NCBI RefSeq assembly: GCF_009914755.1
Contig: NC_060932.1
Direction: 5' to 3' (one strand)
DNA length: 64,000 nt
From: the human T2T-CHM13v2.0 reference genome, Homo sapiens
This document shows positions 1 through 21,029 of the stretch, piece by piece; the first letter of the stretch is position 1; the number at the start of each line of letters is the position of its first letter. Under the pieces are notes generated by a model that saw nothing but the letters and a program-made list of their open reading frames with translations, ran no database searches and had not been told where the DNA came from. The translations under genes were made by a program, and so were the position numbers.

Positions 1-1860
1 TTCTGGGTTGGAAATTATTTTCTTTAAGAATGTTGAATATTGGCCCCCCTCTCTTCTGACTTGTAGAGTTTCTGCAGAGAGATCAGCTGTTAGTCTCATG
101 GGCTTCCATTTGTGGGTAACCCGACCTTTCTCTCTGGCTGCCCTTAACATATTTTCCTTCATTTCAACTTTGGTGTATCTGACGATTGTGTGTCTTGGAG
201 TTGCTCTTCTCAAGGAGTATCTTTGTGGCATTCTCTGTATTTCCTGAATTTGAATGTTGGCCTGCCTTGCTAGATTGGGGAAGTTCTCCTGGATAATATC
301 CTGCAGAGTGTTTTCCAACTTGGTTCCATTCTCCCCGTCACTTTCAGGTGCACCAGTCAGATGTAGATTTGGTCTTTTCACATAGTCCCATATTTCTTGG
401 AGGCTTTGTTCATTTCATTTTATTTTTTTCTCTAAGCTTCTCTTCATGCTTCATTTTATTCACTTCATCTTCCATCGCTGATACCCTTTCTTGCAGTTGA
501 TTGCATTGGCTACTGAGGCTTGTGCATTCATCATGTAGTTCTCATGCTGTGGTTTTCAGCTCCATCAGGTCCTTTAAGGACTTCTCTGCATTGGTTATTC
601 TAGTTAGCCATTCATCTAATTTTTTTTCAAAGTTTTTAACTTCTTTGCCATTGGTTTGAACTTCCTCCTTTAGCTCGGAGTCATTTGATCTTCTGAAGCC
701 TTCTTCTCTCAACTCGTCAAAGTCATTCCCCATCCAGCTTTGTTTCATTGCTGGTGAGGAGCTGTGTTCCTTTGGAGGAGGAGAGGTGCTCTGATTTTTA
801 GAATTTCTGGTTTTTCTGCTCTGTTTTTTCCCCATCTTTGTGGTTTTATCTACCTTTGGTCTTTGATGATGGTGACGTACAGATGGGTTTTTGGTGTGGA
901 TGTCCTTTCTGTTTGTTAGTTTTCCTTCTAATAGTCAGGACCCTCAGCTGCAGGTCTGTTGGAGTTTGCTGGAGGTCCACCCCAGACCCTGTTTGCCTAG
1001 GTGTCAGCAGCGGTGGCTGCAGAACATCGGATATTGGTGAACCACAAATGCTGCAGCCTGATCGTTCCTCTGGAAGTTTTGTCTCAGAGGAGTACCCGGC
1101 CATGTGAGGTGTCAGTCTGCCCCTACTGGGGGGTGCCTCCCAGTTAGGCTACTCGGGGGTCAGCGACCCACTTGAGGAGGCAGTCTGCCTGTTCTCAGAT
1201 CTCCAGCTGCATGCTGGGAGAACCACTGCTCTCTTCAAAGCTGTCAGACAGAGACATTTAAGTCTGCAGAGGTTATTGCTGTCTTTTTTTTGTCTGTGCC
1301 CTGCCCCCAGAGGTGGAGCCTACAGAGGCAGGCAGGCCTCCTTGAGCTGTGGTGGGCTCCACCCAGTTGGAGCTCCCCAGCCACTTTGTTTACCTACTCA
1401 AGCCTGGACCATATCAGGCGCCCTTTCCCCAGCTTCACTGCCACCTTGCAGTTTGATCTCAGACTGCTGTGCTAGCAGTGAGTGAGGCTTTGTGGGTGTA
1501 GGACCCTCTGAGCCATGTGCGGGATATAATCTCCTGGTGTGCCGTTTGTTAAGCCCATTGGAAAAGCACAGTATTAGGGTGGGAGTGACCCAATTTTCCA
1601 GGTGCCGTCTGTCACCACTTTCTTTGACTAGGAAAGGGAATTCCCTGACCCCTTGCAATTCCTGGGTGAAGTGACTCCTCGCCCTGCTTTGGCTCATGCA
1701 CAGTGCGCTGCACCCAGTGTCCTGCACCCACTATCCAGCACTCCCCAGTGAGATGAACCCAGTATCTCAGTTGGAAATGCAGAAATCACCCGTCTTCTGT
1801 GTCACTCATGCTGGGAGCTGTAGACTGGAGCTGTTCCTATTTGGCCACCTTGGCTCCACC
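1..1860 (-). mobile_element. L1PA (L1PA4/5-like) 5' UTR and N-terminal ORF1, running off the left edge
   Basis: ORF 542-835(-) MGKKQSRKTRNSKNQSTSPPPKE is the ORF1p N-terminus, with a premature stop. The 5' terminus reads GGGTGGAGCCAAGGTGGCC on the minus strand at ~1860. Confidence 0.95.
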
Positions 1861-3110
1861 CTCTTTTTTATTTTTATTTTTTGGCTTGGGTTATTTCAAA
1901 AGACCTGTGTTTAAGTTTAGAATTTATTTCTTCTGCTCCACTTAGTCAATTGTTAACGTTCTTGACTGCATTTTTAATTTCATTTATTGATTTCTTCATT
2001 TCCAGGATTTCTGTGTGGCACTTTCTTAATGATATTTATCTCTTTATTGAATTTCTGATTCAGATCATGAATTTCTAATTTCTAATTTTATGTTTTTCTA
2101 ACTTCTTTGTATTTTTTGTCTGAGTTTCCTTGTATCTAACTGAGATTTTTAATGCCATTATTTTGAATTATTTCTCAGAAATTTAATAGATTTTTTCCCT
2201 TCTATTGAAATCTATTGCTGAAGAATTATTGTGATCCTTTGGAGTGTCATATTCCTTGATTTCTCATATTTCTTGTGTCCTTATGTTGATATCTGCACTT
2301 CCGGTGCATTAGTCACTTCTTCCAATTTTTTTGAATTGGTTTTATAGGGATAGGCTTTTTCTGTACATATATCTATAAGTGTTAGTTGTATAGGTGCTTT
2401 AGTTTTGATTCTGGGTTTGTGCAGTAGTGTCATCTTTGAATGATTTCTTTGGCTACAATCGATATCAGTGGTGCCTGTGATTTTCTCAGTGGCTTAGGCT
2501 GCAGTCGTTAGTGAATGCTGTGGTTAGGCTTTTCTGGGAATAGCTAGGTAAAGCAGGATAGTCTTCAGGCCCACTTGGTGTTAGTGGTGGGCTAGGCATA
2601 CCTTTCCTTGGGCCCCTAGGCAACATACGCCGGCACTGATGTTAGTGAGCCTAGATATGCCAATTCTTGGGTCTCCAGGGAGCTTGTTCAGGTGTCAGCT
2701 GTGGCAACAATAGAATTTGTGGTTAGGTGGGGCATCCTTGGGCTTCTAGGAAGCATGTGTGTCATCAGCCACAGCAGTAGTGATGGTGGGCCAACTTGTG
2801 TACCCCCAGGTTGCATGTGTTAGTGCCAGCAGTGACTGCAATAGGTTGGCAGGGCCAGTCTCCAGGTTCCCAGGTGGTGTGTGCATGTGAGTCTCACTGG
2901 TGTTGGTGGCAGCAGGCTGTGAGTATCCATCCTCAGGCTCCTGGGAGTAGCACATGGATACTGGCAGTAGTGGGTGGGGTGGTCTCCAGGCCCCTGAATG
3001 ACGTGCTCAGACGCTAGCAGCGGGTGAGCTGGGCCTTGGTATTAGGCCCCCTGATGGTGAACATTTTTAACATAAATGGCAGGCAGGGCTGGTTGATTCC
3101 TAGTCCCCCA
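1861..3110 (-). mobile_element. Old L1M ORF1/5' UTR fragment, host of the young L1 at 1-1860
   Basis: Degenerate antisense L1M ORF1 motifs (ttatttcaaaagacctgt..., gaattattgtgatcctttggagtgtcat) followed by a GC-richer, internally repetitive 5' UTR-like stretch. Confidence 0.7.
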
Positions 3111-3202
3111 GACAGTGCTCAGATAGACTTCTTGTTTTAATTAATGTCTTTATTAATTTGCTCAACTTTGACCTTCAAATGGTTGATGCTTGGTTAAGAA
3201 AG

Positions 3203-3512
3203 TTTTTTTGTTTTGTTTTGTTTGCTTTTTGAGATGGAGTCTCACTCTGTCACCCAGACTGGAGTGCAGTGGCATGATCTAGGCTCACTGCAACCTCTGC
3301 CTCCCGGGTTCAAGTGATTCTCCTACCTCAGCCTCCTGAGTTGCTGGGATTACAGGTGCCCGCCACCATGCTGAGCTAAATTTTGTATTTTTAGAAGATA
3401 TGTGGTTTTACCATGTTGGCCAGGATTGTCTCAAACCTGTGACCTCGGGTGATCTGCCTGTCTTGGCCTCCCAATGTCCTCAGATTTCAGGCATGAGTTA
3501 CTGTGCCCAGCT
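3203..3512 (-). mobile_element. AluS inserted in the HSP70 pseudogene
   Basis: Full dimeric Alu; TSD gttaagaaa(g/a)tttt on both sides. Confidence 0.95.
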
Positions 3513-3822
3513 GAGTTAAGAAAATTTTATCCACCCAAAGAAATGTCCTTAGTTGAAAACTAGAAATCAAGGATACCATCTTCACAAGTGAGGGTGGATA
3601 CATCAAAAGTGCTGCCTCCTGTTTCAAGGATCAACACATTTTGTTTGACAGCAACCATCCTGATCAAGCCTTAAGCAGTAGCAGTTGGCATTTGGGTCAT
3701 TGGAAATACAGAGACCAGTAACATTTATTGCATTGTTGGCACCTTGGCACTGAGAGTCATTAAAGTTCTGGTACCGTGGTGATGTCGCAGCTTGCCAAAG
3801 TGAGCTTCTGTAATTTTGTTAA

Positions 3823-6155
<2,333 letters not shown>

Positions 6156-6159
6156 AGAA

Positions 6160-6611
6160 ATTTTTTTTTTCTTTCTTTCTTTCTTTCTTCCTTCCTTCCT
6201 TTCTTTCCTTATTTTCTTTTCTTTCTCTTTCTTTCTTTCTCTCTCTTTCTTTCTTTTTCTCCCTTTCTTTCTTCTTTCTTTCTCTTTCTTCTTCATTCTT
6301 TCCTTCTGTCCGAACATCTTTCCTTCTTCAGAGTCTTGCTCTGTCACCCAGGCTGGAGTGCATTAGAACAATTTTGGCTCACTACAACCTCAGCCTCTCA
6401 GGTTCAAAGGATTCTCATGCCTCAGCTTCCCGAGTAGCTGGGATTACAAGTGCATGCCACCACACTCTACCAATTTTTGTGTTTTTAGTAGAGGCAGGGT
6501 TTCACCATGTGAACAGACTGGTCTCAAACTCGTGATGTCTTGTGATCCTCCCACCTCAACCTCCCAAAGTGCTGGGATTACAGGCATAAGCCACAGCGCC
6601 TTGCCCCAGCC
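6160..6611 (-). mobile_element. AluS whose tail has expanded into a CT-rich microsatellite (6160-6330)
   Basis: Alu body ~6330-6611; TSD agaaattttt at 6156 and 6612; about 170 nt of mixed ttct/ttcc units. Confidence 0.92.
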
Positions 6612-7069
6612 AGAAATTTTTAATCTCCTCTTTATACGTTACCTACTCTGCTTGTGTTACTGGAGAGGTGAGTAATCAAATAATTGTCCAAGTATACGTT
6701 TGGCCCCAAGAATCATATTGTGGAGTTCATTGTAACCTATTTACAGTATCAGTGATTGATCATGTTATAACTGTAAAGGTGACATAATGTGGCTGAGTAT
6801 TGGCAATGATCTCAATCTTCTCATCTTGAAAGACACCCACTTAGGAAAGGATGGTGAAGGATCAGTGCCAGTTGCAAGTTTCTTCAACATGGCTGCAGAG
6901 GAATCCTGATCTAGCTTACTAGAGAAAGTGTCACCAGAACTGCTGCTGCATTCAACAACGTTATTATTTCTACATGCAAAAATATGAAGACATTCAAAGA
7001 ACTGTATGATAAGCCTGACTTTGAAGTTTGTTTTCTCATATGTTTATTTATACTTTATGTTGGATCGCT

Positions 7070-7393
7070 TTATTTTAATTTATTTTATTTTATTTTACTT
7101 TATTGTCTAGAGACAACGTCTCAGTCTGTTATTCAGGCTGTAGTGAAGTGACGCAATCATGGCTCACTGCAGCCTCGACCTCCCTGGGCTTAGGTGATCC
7201 TCACACCCCAGCTTTCCAGGTAGCTGGGACTGCAGGCGTGTGCCACCACATCTGGCTAATTTTTGAATTTTTTTGTAGAGATAGTGTTTTGCCATGTTAC
7301 TCAGGATGGTCTCAAACACGTGGACTCAAGCGATCTGCCTACTTCAGCCTCCCAAAGTGCTAGGATTATACATGTGAGCCACTGTGCCTGGCC
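7070..7393 (-). mobile_element. AluJ
   Basis: gcaatcatggctcactgcagcctcgacctccctgggct and ctcaagcgatctgcc are J-type motifs; (tttta)n tail. Confidence 0.9.
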
Positions 7394-7399
7394 TGTTAA

Positions 7400-7950
7400 A
7401 TCTTTTTAAAAGTTTTTTATAGTTTATGTATGTTTATATTGCTTTTTGTCTTCTTCAACTTGTATTTTTCATTTAGTGTTTTGTTTATGAGATTTATCTA
7501 TGCTTATATGTATAGCTCTAATTCGCTGCTACATGCAACTTCATTGTTTGAATATATCTAAATGTATTTGTTTTTCCATTTTCCTCATGATATATTAATA
7601 GAATGCTTTCTTTTTTTAATTTTTACAAACAATACTGCTGTGACTGGGAATGAAAAGATCAATGGATCCAATTATATTAAAATAAATTCTGTATCAAAAA
7701 TATCTTATAGAAAAGATAATCTACTGAATTTATTTTCAGTCTATGTAACCAACAGACGGTTGGTATTCAGGATGCCTAAAGAACTACTGCAAATCAATAG
7801 AAAGAAGAGTTTAAAAAACCCTCAGTATAAAAATGAGGAAAAAAAATTTAAGAGCAGAAGAGTAAACTTGAGTGAATAACAAAATATTAAAAGATGCTCC
7901 ATCTCATTAGCAACAAAAAATGCAAATAAAACTACAAGAACTATGCACAT
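7400..7950. mobile_element. Old L1ME fragments (minus ~7400-7645, plus ~7646-7950)
   Basis: Degenerate L1 3' end, then a sense ORF2 remnant (aaagaactactgcaaatcaatag, aaaagatgctccatctcattag). Confidence 0.65.
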
Positions 7951-7961
7951 CATGCTATAAA

Positions 7962-14089
<6,128 letters not shown>

Positions 14090-15397
14090 TGGCTTTATTT
14101 TTCCATCCCTACTTCCTGGTTCACTCATCTGTGCCACACATGAGAGAGACATTGAAACCTATAGGGTCAGTACTCTGAACAAACATTAAAACCTGTACAG
14201 ATGGTTTGGTCTTTCTTGGGAGATTTATGAATAAAAATGTTTTGAAATGTAAATGTGTCATGTTACAGGTCTGTTATCTCAAGTAGTTTCATCTTTACAT
14301 TATTTTATTTAAAACAAAACAAGGCCAAACTGCACAAAACGAGAAAATAAAGACATGTCAGTTGATCCAATAAGGATATGTTGTCTCTGCTTCATTGGCA
14401 GATGGAATATGCAATTTATTTCCAGCGTAAAACTCTTTCCCTGTCGCTGTGGGCATATAAATGTGTGGCATGCTCAACACTCCAACTCAGTGCTGAGAAA
14501 GAAAAATGATAAGATGATCATTGTACTGTTTGTGAAGCCAGGCGTCTTGACCTTCAATAAACTGGTTTTGTGCTGCAACTTAATAGATGTTAATGATTAA
14601 ACACACTCAGTGATACAAGTTTTCCTATAAAGCTTGGATAAATTCTAAATTGTGAAATCTCTATACTCACCTCACTGTGATTTGGGACTCCTATTAACAC
14701 AACAATCTGATGAAGAGTCTTAGGATTTGTTTTGTTTATTCCTCTTGTTATATTTGAAGACTAAGAGGATATCTTTCTCTTTTTTAAGTTACAGAATTAA
14801 TTAAGGTTCACTGTAGAGATATTAATAGTACAGACAACCAAAAACATTCTACAGTCCCAATCAGAGAAAAATCATTGTTAAATTCTGGATATGCCTCCTT
14901 CTGTATTTAAAAAATGAAGACATTTATTTGAATGTTGTGAGGTTGGGAACATCCAGGGCCTGTCTGTGCCACAGTACTAAATTGCCACTCTTCCACCTTC
15001 CATGTTCCCTGGGTTATTTCCAGCGGCTTCTGACCCAGAGCTCAGAATAAACTCATTCACCTTTCTCAGCCCACTTTTATTCAGCCATGCCCCACCGTAA
15101 CCACTTTCCTCTAGCCTTACCTACTCCTTCCTCCCTCCTTTCAATCCCTCAATCACTTTCAATCCCTTTCCTTCCCTGCTATCACCTCCCAGGGCTTTTC
15201 TATATTCACTGTATATTAAACGCAATCAGTCCATGTCTGTAAATGTTGACTTGCATTATTATTGTAAGCAGTTGCATATTATTTCTTCAGATGCCTATAA
15301 TGTAATTTGTTGAGCCAATCCTATATTGTTAAACAATTTTTAGTTTTTACTGTAACAAAAACCACTGTGATAAATGTCTTATTTGCAAATATTTACA

Positions 15398-15947
15398 TTT
15401 TTTGAGACAGAGTCTTGCTATGTTGCCCAGGCTGGCCTTGAACTCTTAGGCCCAAACATCCTGCTGCCTTAGCCTCCCCAGTGGCTGATGTAGCCCAGAG
15501 TCCCTGGTTTTCTGGGTACCACTATGAAAAACTACTTCTTATAACTGTTGCACCTGGAGTTCTTGTTGTTTATAAAAGTTCCAGGGGGAAAAAAAACATC
15601 TGGATCCAGAGTGGCCTGAGTCTAAGATGAACTTTGGCAAACTCTCCTCATCACCATACTAAAAACTCCACCCAGGGAGGAGCTCATTTGCCATGTTCTA
15701 TTCATGGGACTATGCCAATGCTACATACAATGACTCAGCTAACCAGCCTATTAAAAATCCTGTTTTCACCTCTGTTCAGGGAGGAATTGCTTTGGGGAAT
15801 TATCACTGGTGTCCTTCTTACTTGTTGCAAATGGTAAAATATCCTAGTTAATTAAATTCTCCTTGGTTGTGGTCATTTGGCTGTCACCCACTGACCTCTT
15901 CCCTTGTGTAACACTGGGACTACTGGCACATGCCACTGTGCCTGGCT
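15398..15947 (-). mobile_element. FLAM/Alu monomer interrupted by a solo LTR
   Basis: ttttgagacagagtcttgctatgttgcccaggctgg runs to 15488 and resumes as ctgggactac...gcctggct at 15914. Confidence 0.8.
15489..15913 (+). mobile_element. ERV1-class solo LTR, subfamily uncertain
   Basis: TG...CA termini (tgtagccc...tgtaaca), near-perfect 4-bp TSD ctga/ctgg, ~425 bp. Confidence 0.75.
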
Positions 15948-16016
15948 ATATTTGCATCTTTTTCCAGTTATTTTTTTGGGATAAGGTACTCCACATAGAA
16001 TTGCTGAGTAAACTGC

Positions 16017-16430
16017 TGTAATGGGTATTTTTCCTTTTTTGACTATTCAGCATCTACCCACTCTCTTGTTTGGAAACAAAACTAAGCACTCTAATTCTTC
16101 AGGGGTGCCACCATCCCCTCTTTGTGTGTAGTATTGGCAGATTTATAACATAAATTGTCCTGCTCTCACCAATCAAGCTAGGTCAATCGGATTATCTTGG
16201 TAGTAGTTCTTGAGGGAAGTGATGTAAGAAATTAAAAATGTTAGGGGCTCTTTTGTTTATTCATTCTTTTATTCCATGAGGATGATCTGATGATTTGTCC
16301 AGTTCCACTTTTTTCCTGGACTTGTTTTCGTACTTTCCCTTTGATTCTGTGAACTATCCAACATCCTTCCAACAAATTTATTTTTCACGTAAGTTAGTCA
16401 AAGATAGTGTCTGTTAATTCCAACCCTACT
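16017..16430 (+). mobile_element. Old ERVL-type LTR (LTR33-like) within L1ME remnants
   Basis: Starts tgtaatgggtattttt..cagcatctaccc; ends with typical ccaacaaatttattttt..aagttagtcaaag..tctgtt..caacc. Confidence 0.5.
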
Positions 16431-16634
16431 GGAAACAAAGGAAACTAAAATTTTAAGATTTTAAAATGTAAATCATCAAGCTGACTTTCCAAAGTATATT
16501 ACTTTACATTCCTATCAACAATGTATTAAACTGTCCTTTCTCTCATTCCTTCCTTAAGACAGAATATTATAAAATATTTTAATGTTTTGCTGAACCAATG
16601 AACAGTCTTTTACTGTCAATTTTTTACTTTATGT

Positions 16635-16776
16635 ATAGATGCTCCTAGACTTAACGATGGGCCTATGTTGGGATAATCCATCATAAGTAGAGGAGCATCC
16701 TAAATGTATGTCACTTTCACACTGTGGTAAAGTGAAAAAATTTAGGCCAAATAAATTGAATATTAGGGACTATTTG
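16635..16776 (+). mobile_element. Tigger4 (Zombi)-like MITE
   Basis: tagatgctcctagacttaacgatggg...agggactatttg, flanked by TA. Confidence 0.7.
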
Positions 16777-19224
16777 TATTTATCTCTGCCTTTAAAAGAC
16801 TTTTTGTAACCTAGGATTACAAAACTCTAAATTTTTCTTTTTCAAAATAAGTTTAAAAAAATTTAGATCGTGAATTTATTTGAAATGTTTTGGAATTTTG
16901 TTTGACATAAGGCTGGGTTCTAATTCTTTTAGTGGTATTATTGGCTATGGTGAGCCAATACTGATTCAAAGTGACCCTTTACCACCTTGACCAGCACTGA
17001 AATAGCCAGTCATTTTCCTTTTTCCAACAAGCTGAGTCCAAAGACATCTGTTACTTTATCTTACTTTCTATTACACTGATTCTTTCATATTCCCTTTTTT
17101 CTACCAAATCTATTAAAGATTTAGGAACACATATTTTAAAACCACTATTATATTTTAGTTAATTTTATCTTTACCTTTTAGAAGTTTTCACTTTGTATAT
17201 TTCAATGCCATGTGATTTTTAAAGTAAATATTCATAAGTTATTTTCATTGTGGATTATATACTTTTTGTCCCATTTAATTATTTGCTTTGAATATTGATA
17301 TTAATTTTATGGTACCATGCTTCTTCTTTTTTAATCTTAAATTTTTTTGACCCACCAGATTTTTACATTATTTTAATTTGTTTGATTTCCTTTGTCTTAG
17401 ATTACTCTCCATATATAACATACAGTTTCAGTGATTTCACTTTTTATAAGCAAGTTTATCCTACTTGCATGTATTGTTATAGTACATGTGTTTGGTTTTG
17501 CATCTGCTATCTTTGCTTATATTCCCAGTTTTACTATTCCTTCTCTTTTGATATGTAGTCTCTGATTTCTTCACATTTTTACCTTCTTCCCTTCTCTTCC
17601 TTTCCCAGTTGGAAGATAAAAGCATCTGCTTTTTATTCTCCTTGAAATTTTCTATGTATCTTTCAAATAAATTCATAAATCTGTGTTTCCCCATGTGTCA
17701 ACTTTTGAAGTAAAATTATATTTCCTGTCAGTCCCCAAGACAAATAATAAATATATGCTTTTATGTTATCACTCCTGCCTTTTACCTTCATTGTGTTGTC
17801 ATTTTTTGAAATTTTTGGCCTAGTCCATTATCCTCAAACTGTTCTTATTTTTACATTATGTAGCGGTTTTTTCAAAAACTATAGCAATTACATTTTATTC
17901 TGTAACTCTTGTTAGCATAGTGATTTAGACTGAATTGAGTGGTCATTAAGAGTTTTTTTTTGTATTTTTGCCTTTTCCAATTGTCAGTTTTAAATTTTGT
18001 TTTATTTTTCAATTGGTTTATTTTCCTTGATATATGAATTACCTAGGAATACCACATTTTGGATAAGATCTTTTTCTCCACAACACTTAGTGGACAGTTC
18101 TTCAATTAGCAAAGTTAACTGCTAATTAATTAATTCTGCTCTCCAGCTACCACCTCCTCTGCCTGGAAGGTGTCCTTGCTTTTCTATCAGAAAGCTTGTG
18201 GAATTGCTTTTTATCTTTTAGTTTCTGTAACTTCTTGGTCTTTATGTTCCTTAATGATTTTTTCATAGGGAACTCTCTCTTTTGGGTTGTGTCCATTTCT
18301 CATCGTGATGAACAGTGTTTTTATATACATTTTTATACATGCTTCCTGATATATTATTTACATAAAATTTTCTCTAGGATATACTTTTTTGGAGTAGGAT
18401 TCGTGAGTTGTATGGTATGCACATTTTCCACTTTACTAGGTAATGCGAAATTATTTTCCAAAGTGTTTAGCCAATTTCCATATAATAGCAGCTGCATAAG
18501 AGGATTCCTATTTATTGGTCCAGATTCAGGGCAGGGGCAAATATCATTCAAGCAGAGAATCAATACAGGTACTTGTGCTCATAAAATAACTGGAATAACT
18601 AGGGAAACAAAAGTTAAGCCTGCCACTGTAATAGTGAATTCAAGAGCACAGTACCATAGCTGAAATGCAAGGGACAGAAGCTGCTGTTGCTGCACATTGC
18701 AACCCTGAGTCTGGCTGCCACATCTGTCTCTAAATGCTCACACTTCCATGGCCTGGCTTGCAAGCAATAACAGCAGAAGGAATATAGCCTGTGCTTCATC
18801 TTACCTTCCAAAACTTGTTGAATACACCTACTTAGACAACTCTACTTTTCCTTCATGTTATTTTTCATCTGCAGGAGAGGTTTTCGCTTCCTTTCTTTTA
18901 CATATATATATATATATCCAATTCTTGGTTTTAATTAGGATTTTATCTGGCCCATCTCCCTGCCCTTCCAAGGAGACACAATGTATAGTCCACCACTTTC
19001 TACCCTCCACAATGTACAAAATATCTAGGCTAAATTTTTTTAATCAAAGCAACTGATTAATGGTTTATAAAGTTAATTTAGTACAGCATGACCAGCATTA
19101 AAAATGAAATAAAATAGTATAGGAGAACATAAAAATAACAGTTTATCACATATAGTATGTTCTTTTAGTAAGAGTATTTTTTGACACCAATTATATACAT
19201 ACATGCAGTAGGTATGAATGTATA

Positions 19225-20020
19225 TGTATTAGTTTTCTGTTGCTGCCATAATAAATTACTACAAATTTGTGGCTTAACATATAAAGGAATGAATTAATGG
19301 CATTCACAGCAACCTGGATGGAATTGAAGACTATTATTCTAAGTGAACTAACTCAGGAATGGGAAACCAAACATCATATGTTCTCATTCATAAGCGGTAG
19401 CTAAGTTATGAGAATGCAAAGGCATAAGAATGATACAATGGACTTTGGAGACTCGGGGGAAGGGTGGGAGGGGAGTGAGGGATAAAAGAGTATAAATTGG
19501 GTTCAGTGTATACTTCTCAGGTGATGGGTGCACCAAAATCTCACAAATCACCACTAAAGAACTTACTAATGTAAACAAGTACCATCTGTTCCCCAAAAAC
19601 TGAAGGAAATAAAAAATAAAAGTAAATTAAAAAAATAAAAAAAGTAATGGCTTAAAACAGCACTCATTTATTATCTCACAGCTGTACAGGTCAAAATTTC
19701 CAATTCCCATAAACACCAGCTGCATAAAAGACTTCTTGTTTATGGATACAGTGTGGTTCAGTGGAGTCCTCTGCTTAGAGTGCCACAGTACTGAAATAGA
19801 AGTGTCACGCAGGCTGTATTCCTTTCTGGGAGTTCTAAGAATGAATCCACTTCCAAGGTCACTCTGGTGGTTGGTAAATTTCAGTTCCACGTGGTTATTC
19901 TACTGAAGTCCTCATTTCCTTGCTGGCTGTCAGATTAGGATATTCTAGCTCTCGGAGGCCACCCACAACCCTTGGCTCATGGCTCTTTTTCTCTGCCTTC
20001 AAAGCTAGCAATGGATGAGA
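19225..20020 (-). mobile_element. MaLR LTR (MLT1-like) split by an L1PB 3' fragment
   Basis: Begins tgtattagttttctgttgctgccataataaattactacaaa and resumes at tggcttaaaacagcactcatttattatctcacag. Confidence 0.8.
19279..19640 (+). mobile_element. L1PB1-like 3' end
   Basis: gaatgcaaaggcataagaatgatacaatggactttgg...caccactaaagaactt 3' UTR with A tail; degraded TSD ending tggcttaa. Confidence 0.88.
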
Positions 20021-20163
20021 ATGAGATGAAGTGAGTCAATTAGAGTACAAAATTAAAAGAGGCACTCACTTATGCAAGTTCACTTGCAGGACTCTGAAAG
20101 TGAGATCCTCTTTAAATTTCATATCCTGGGTATCTTATTCACCTCACTCCTGACTCCACTGCA

Positions 20164-20167
20164 GTGT

Positions 20168-20214
<47 letters not shown>
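20164..20214. repeat. (TG)n microsatellite
   Basis: About 25 TG units with one interruption. Confidence 0.98.
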
Positions 20215-20217
<3 letters not shown>

Positions 20218-20274
20218 TGTGTCACAAAGAACATTTTCTTTGAGTCAAAAAAGTTTGGAAGACATTACTCTAGG

Positions 20275-20620
20275 CCAGTGGTTCTCAAATTTTAATGTGC
20301 CTAAGTCACCTGGGAATCTTGTTAAACTGCAGATTCTGATGTGGTAGGTCTGGGGTAGGGCCTGAGAGTCTGCATTTCTAACAATGCTGCTGTTTCCCAG
20401 AATATACATTGAGGAAGTTAACAAGCCCTCTAAATAATTCTGATATATGCTATCCTTTCAGAACTACTGTAGTTCTCTTCAAACACTAATTACTGGGCCC
20501 AGCTTCCAAAGTTATTGATTTAGTAGGTTTAGGAAGAGACTTAGGAAGTAGTTAGAAATACAATTTCCTAGGTGCTGCTGCTGCTACTGGCCCGGGGAAC
20601 ACACTTTGAGAACCATTATA
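20275..20620. mobile_element. Cluster of MER5A (hAT-Charlie MITE) fragments
   Basis: cagtggttctcaaa...gggcctgagagtctgcatttctaaca and cacactttgagaacca termini. Confidence 0.8.
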
Positions 20621-21029
20621 GTGCTCTGGACCTCTGGGCTCCAAACTTACCTTATCGGGCTGGAGTTCCTGCTTTGCTATCAGCTTCACATGGCTTATCA
20701 CAACTTCTCAACAGTGTCTTTCATCAATTTAAAAGCATATTTTAAAATATTCCTTCTTTTAAAATAGTTTAAATGATTAGAGGCTATATGACTTTGGGTT
20801 CTCTGGTATTCCATATTGCTAAAAATTGAACAAAATTCACATTGCTTTTACTTCATGGCTCAGCATTTGTCTTAAATCAACTCATTTCATTGAGGAGCTG
20901 TAGGGTTCATTTACAATTTTTCTTGGTTAGGAAGCTAAGTATTTTTTATTTTAGCTATACACAGAATCCCCTCTCTTCCCTCAAATTCAGTAAGTTTCAG
21001 CGGGGATAAAATATAACATATGAGTAAAC

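Noticed and set aside
18196-19056. 155-aa and 102-aa ORFs
   Set aside because: Non-ATG starts over old L1/LTR-like remnants with no recognisable domain.
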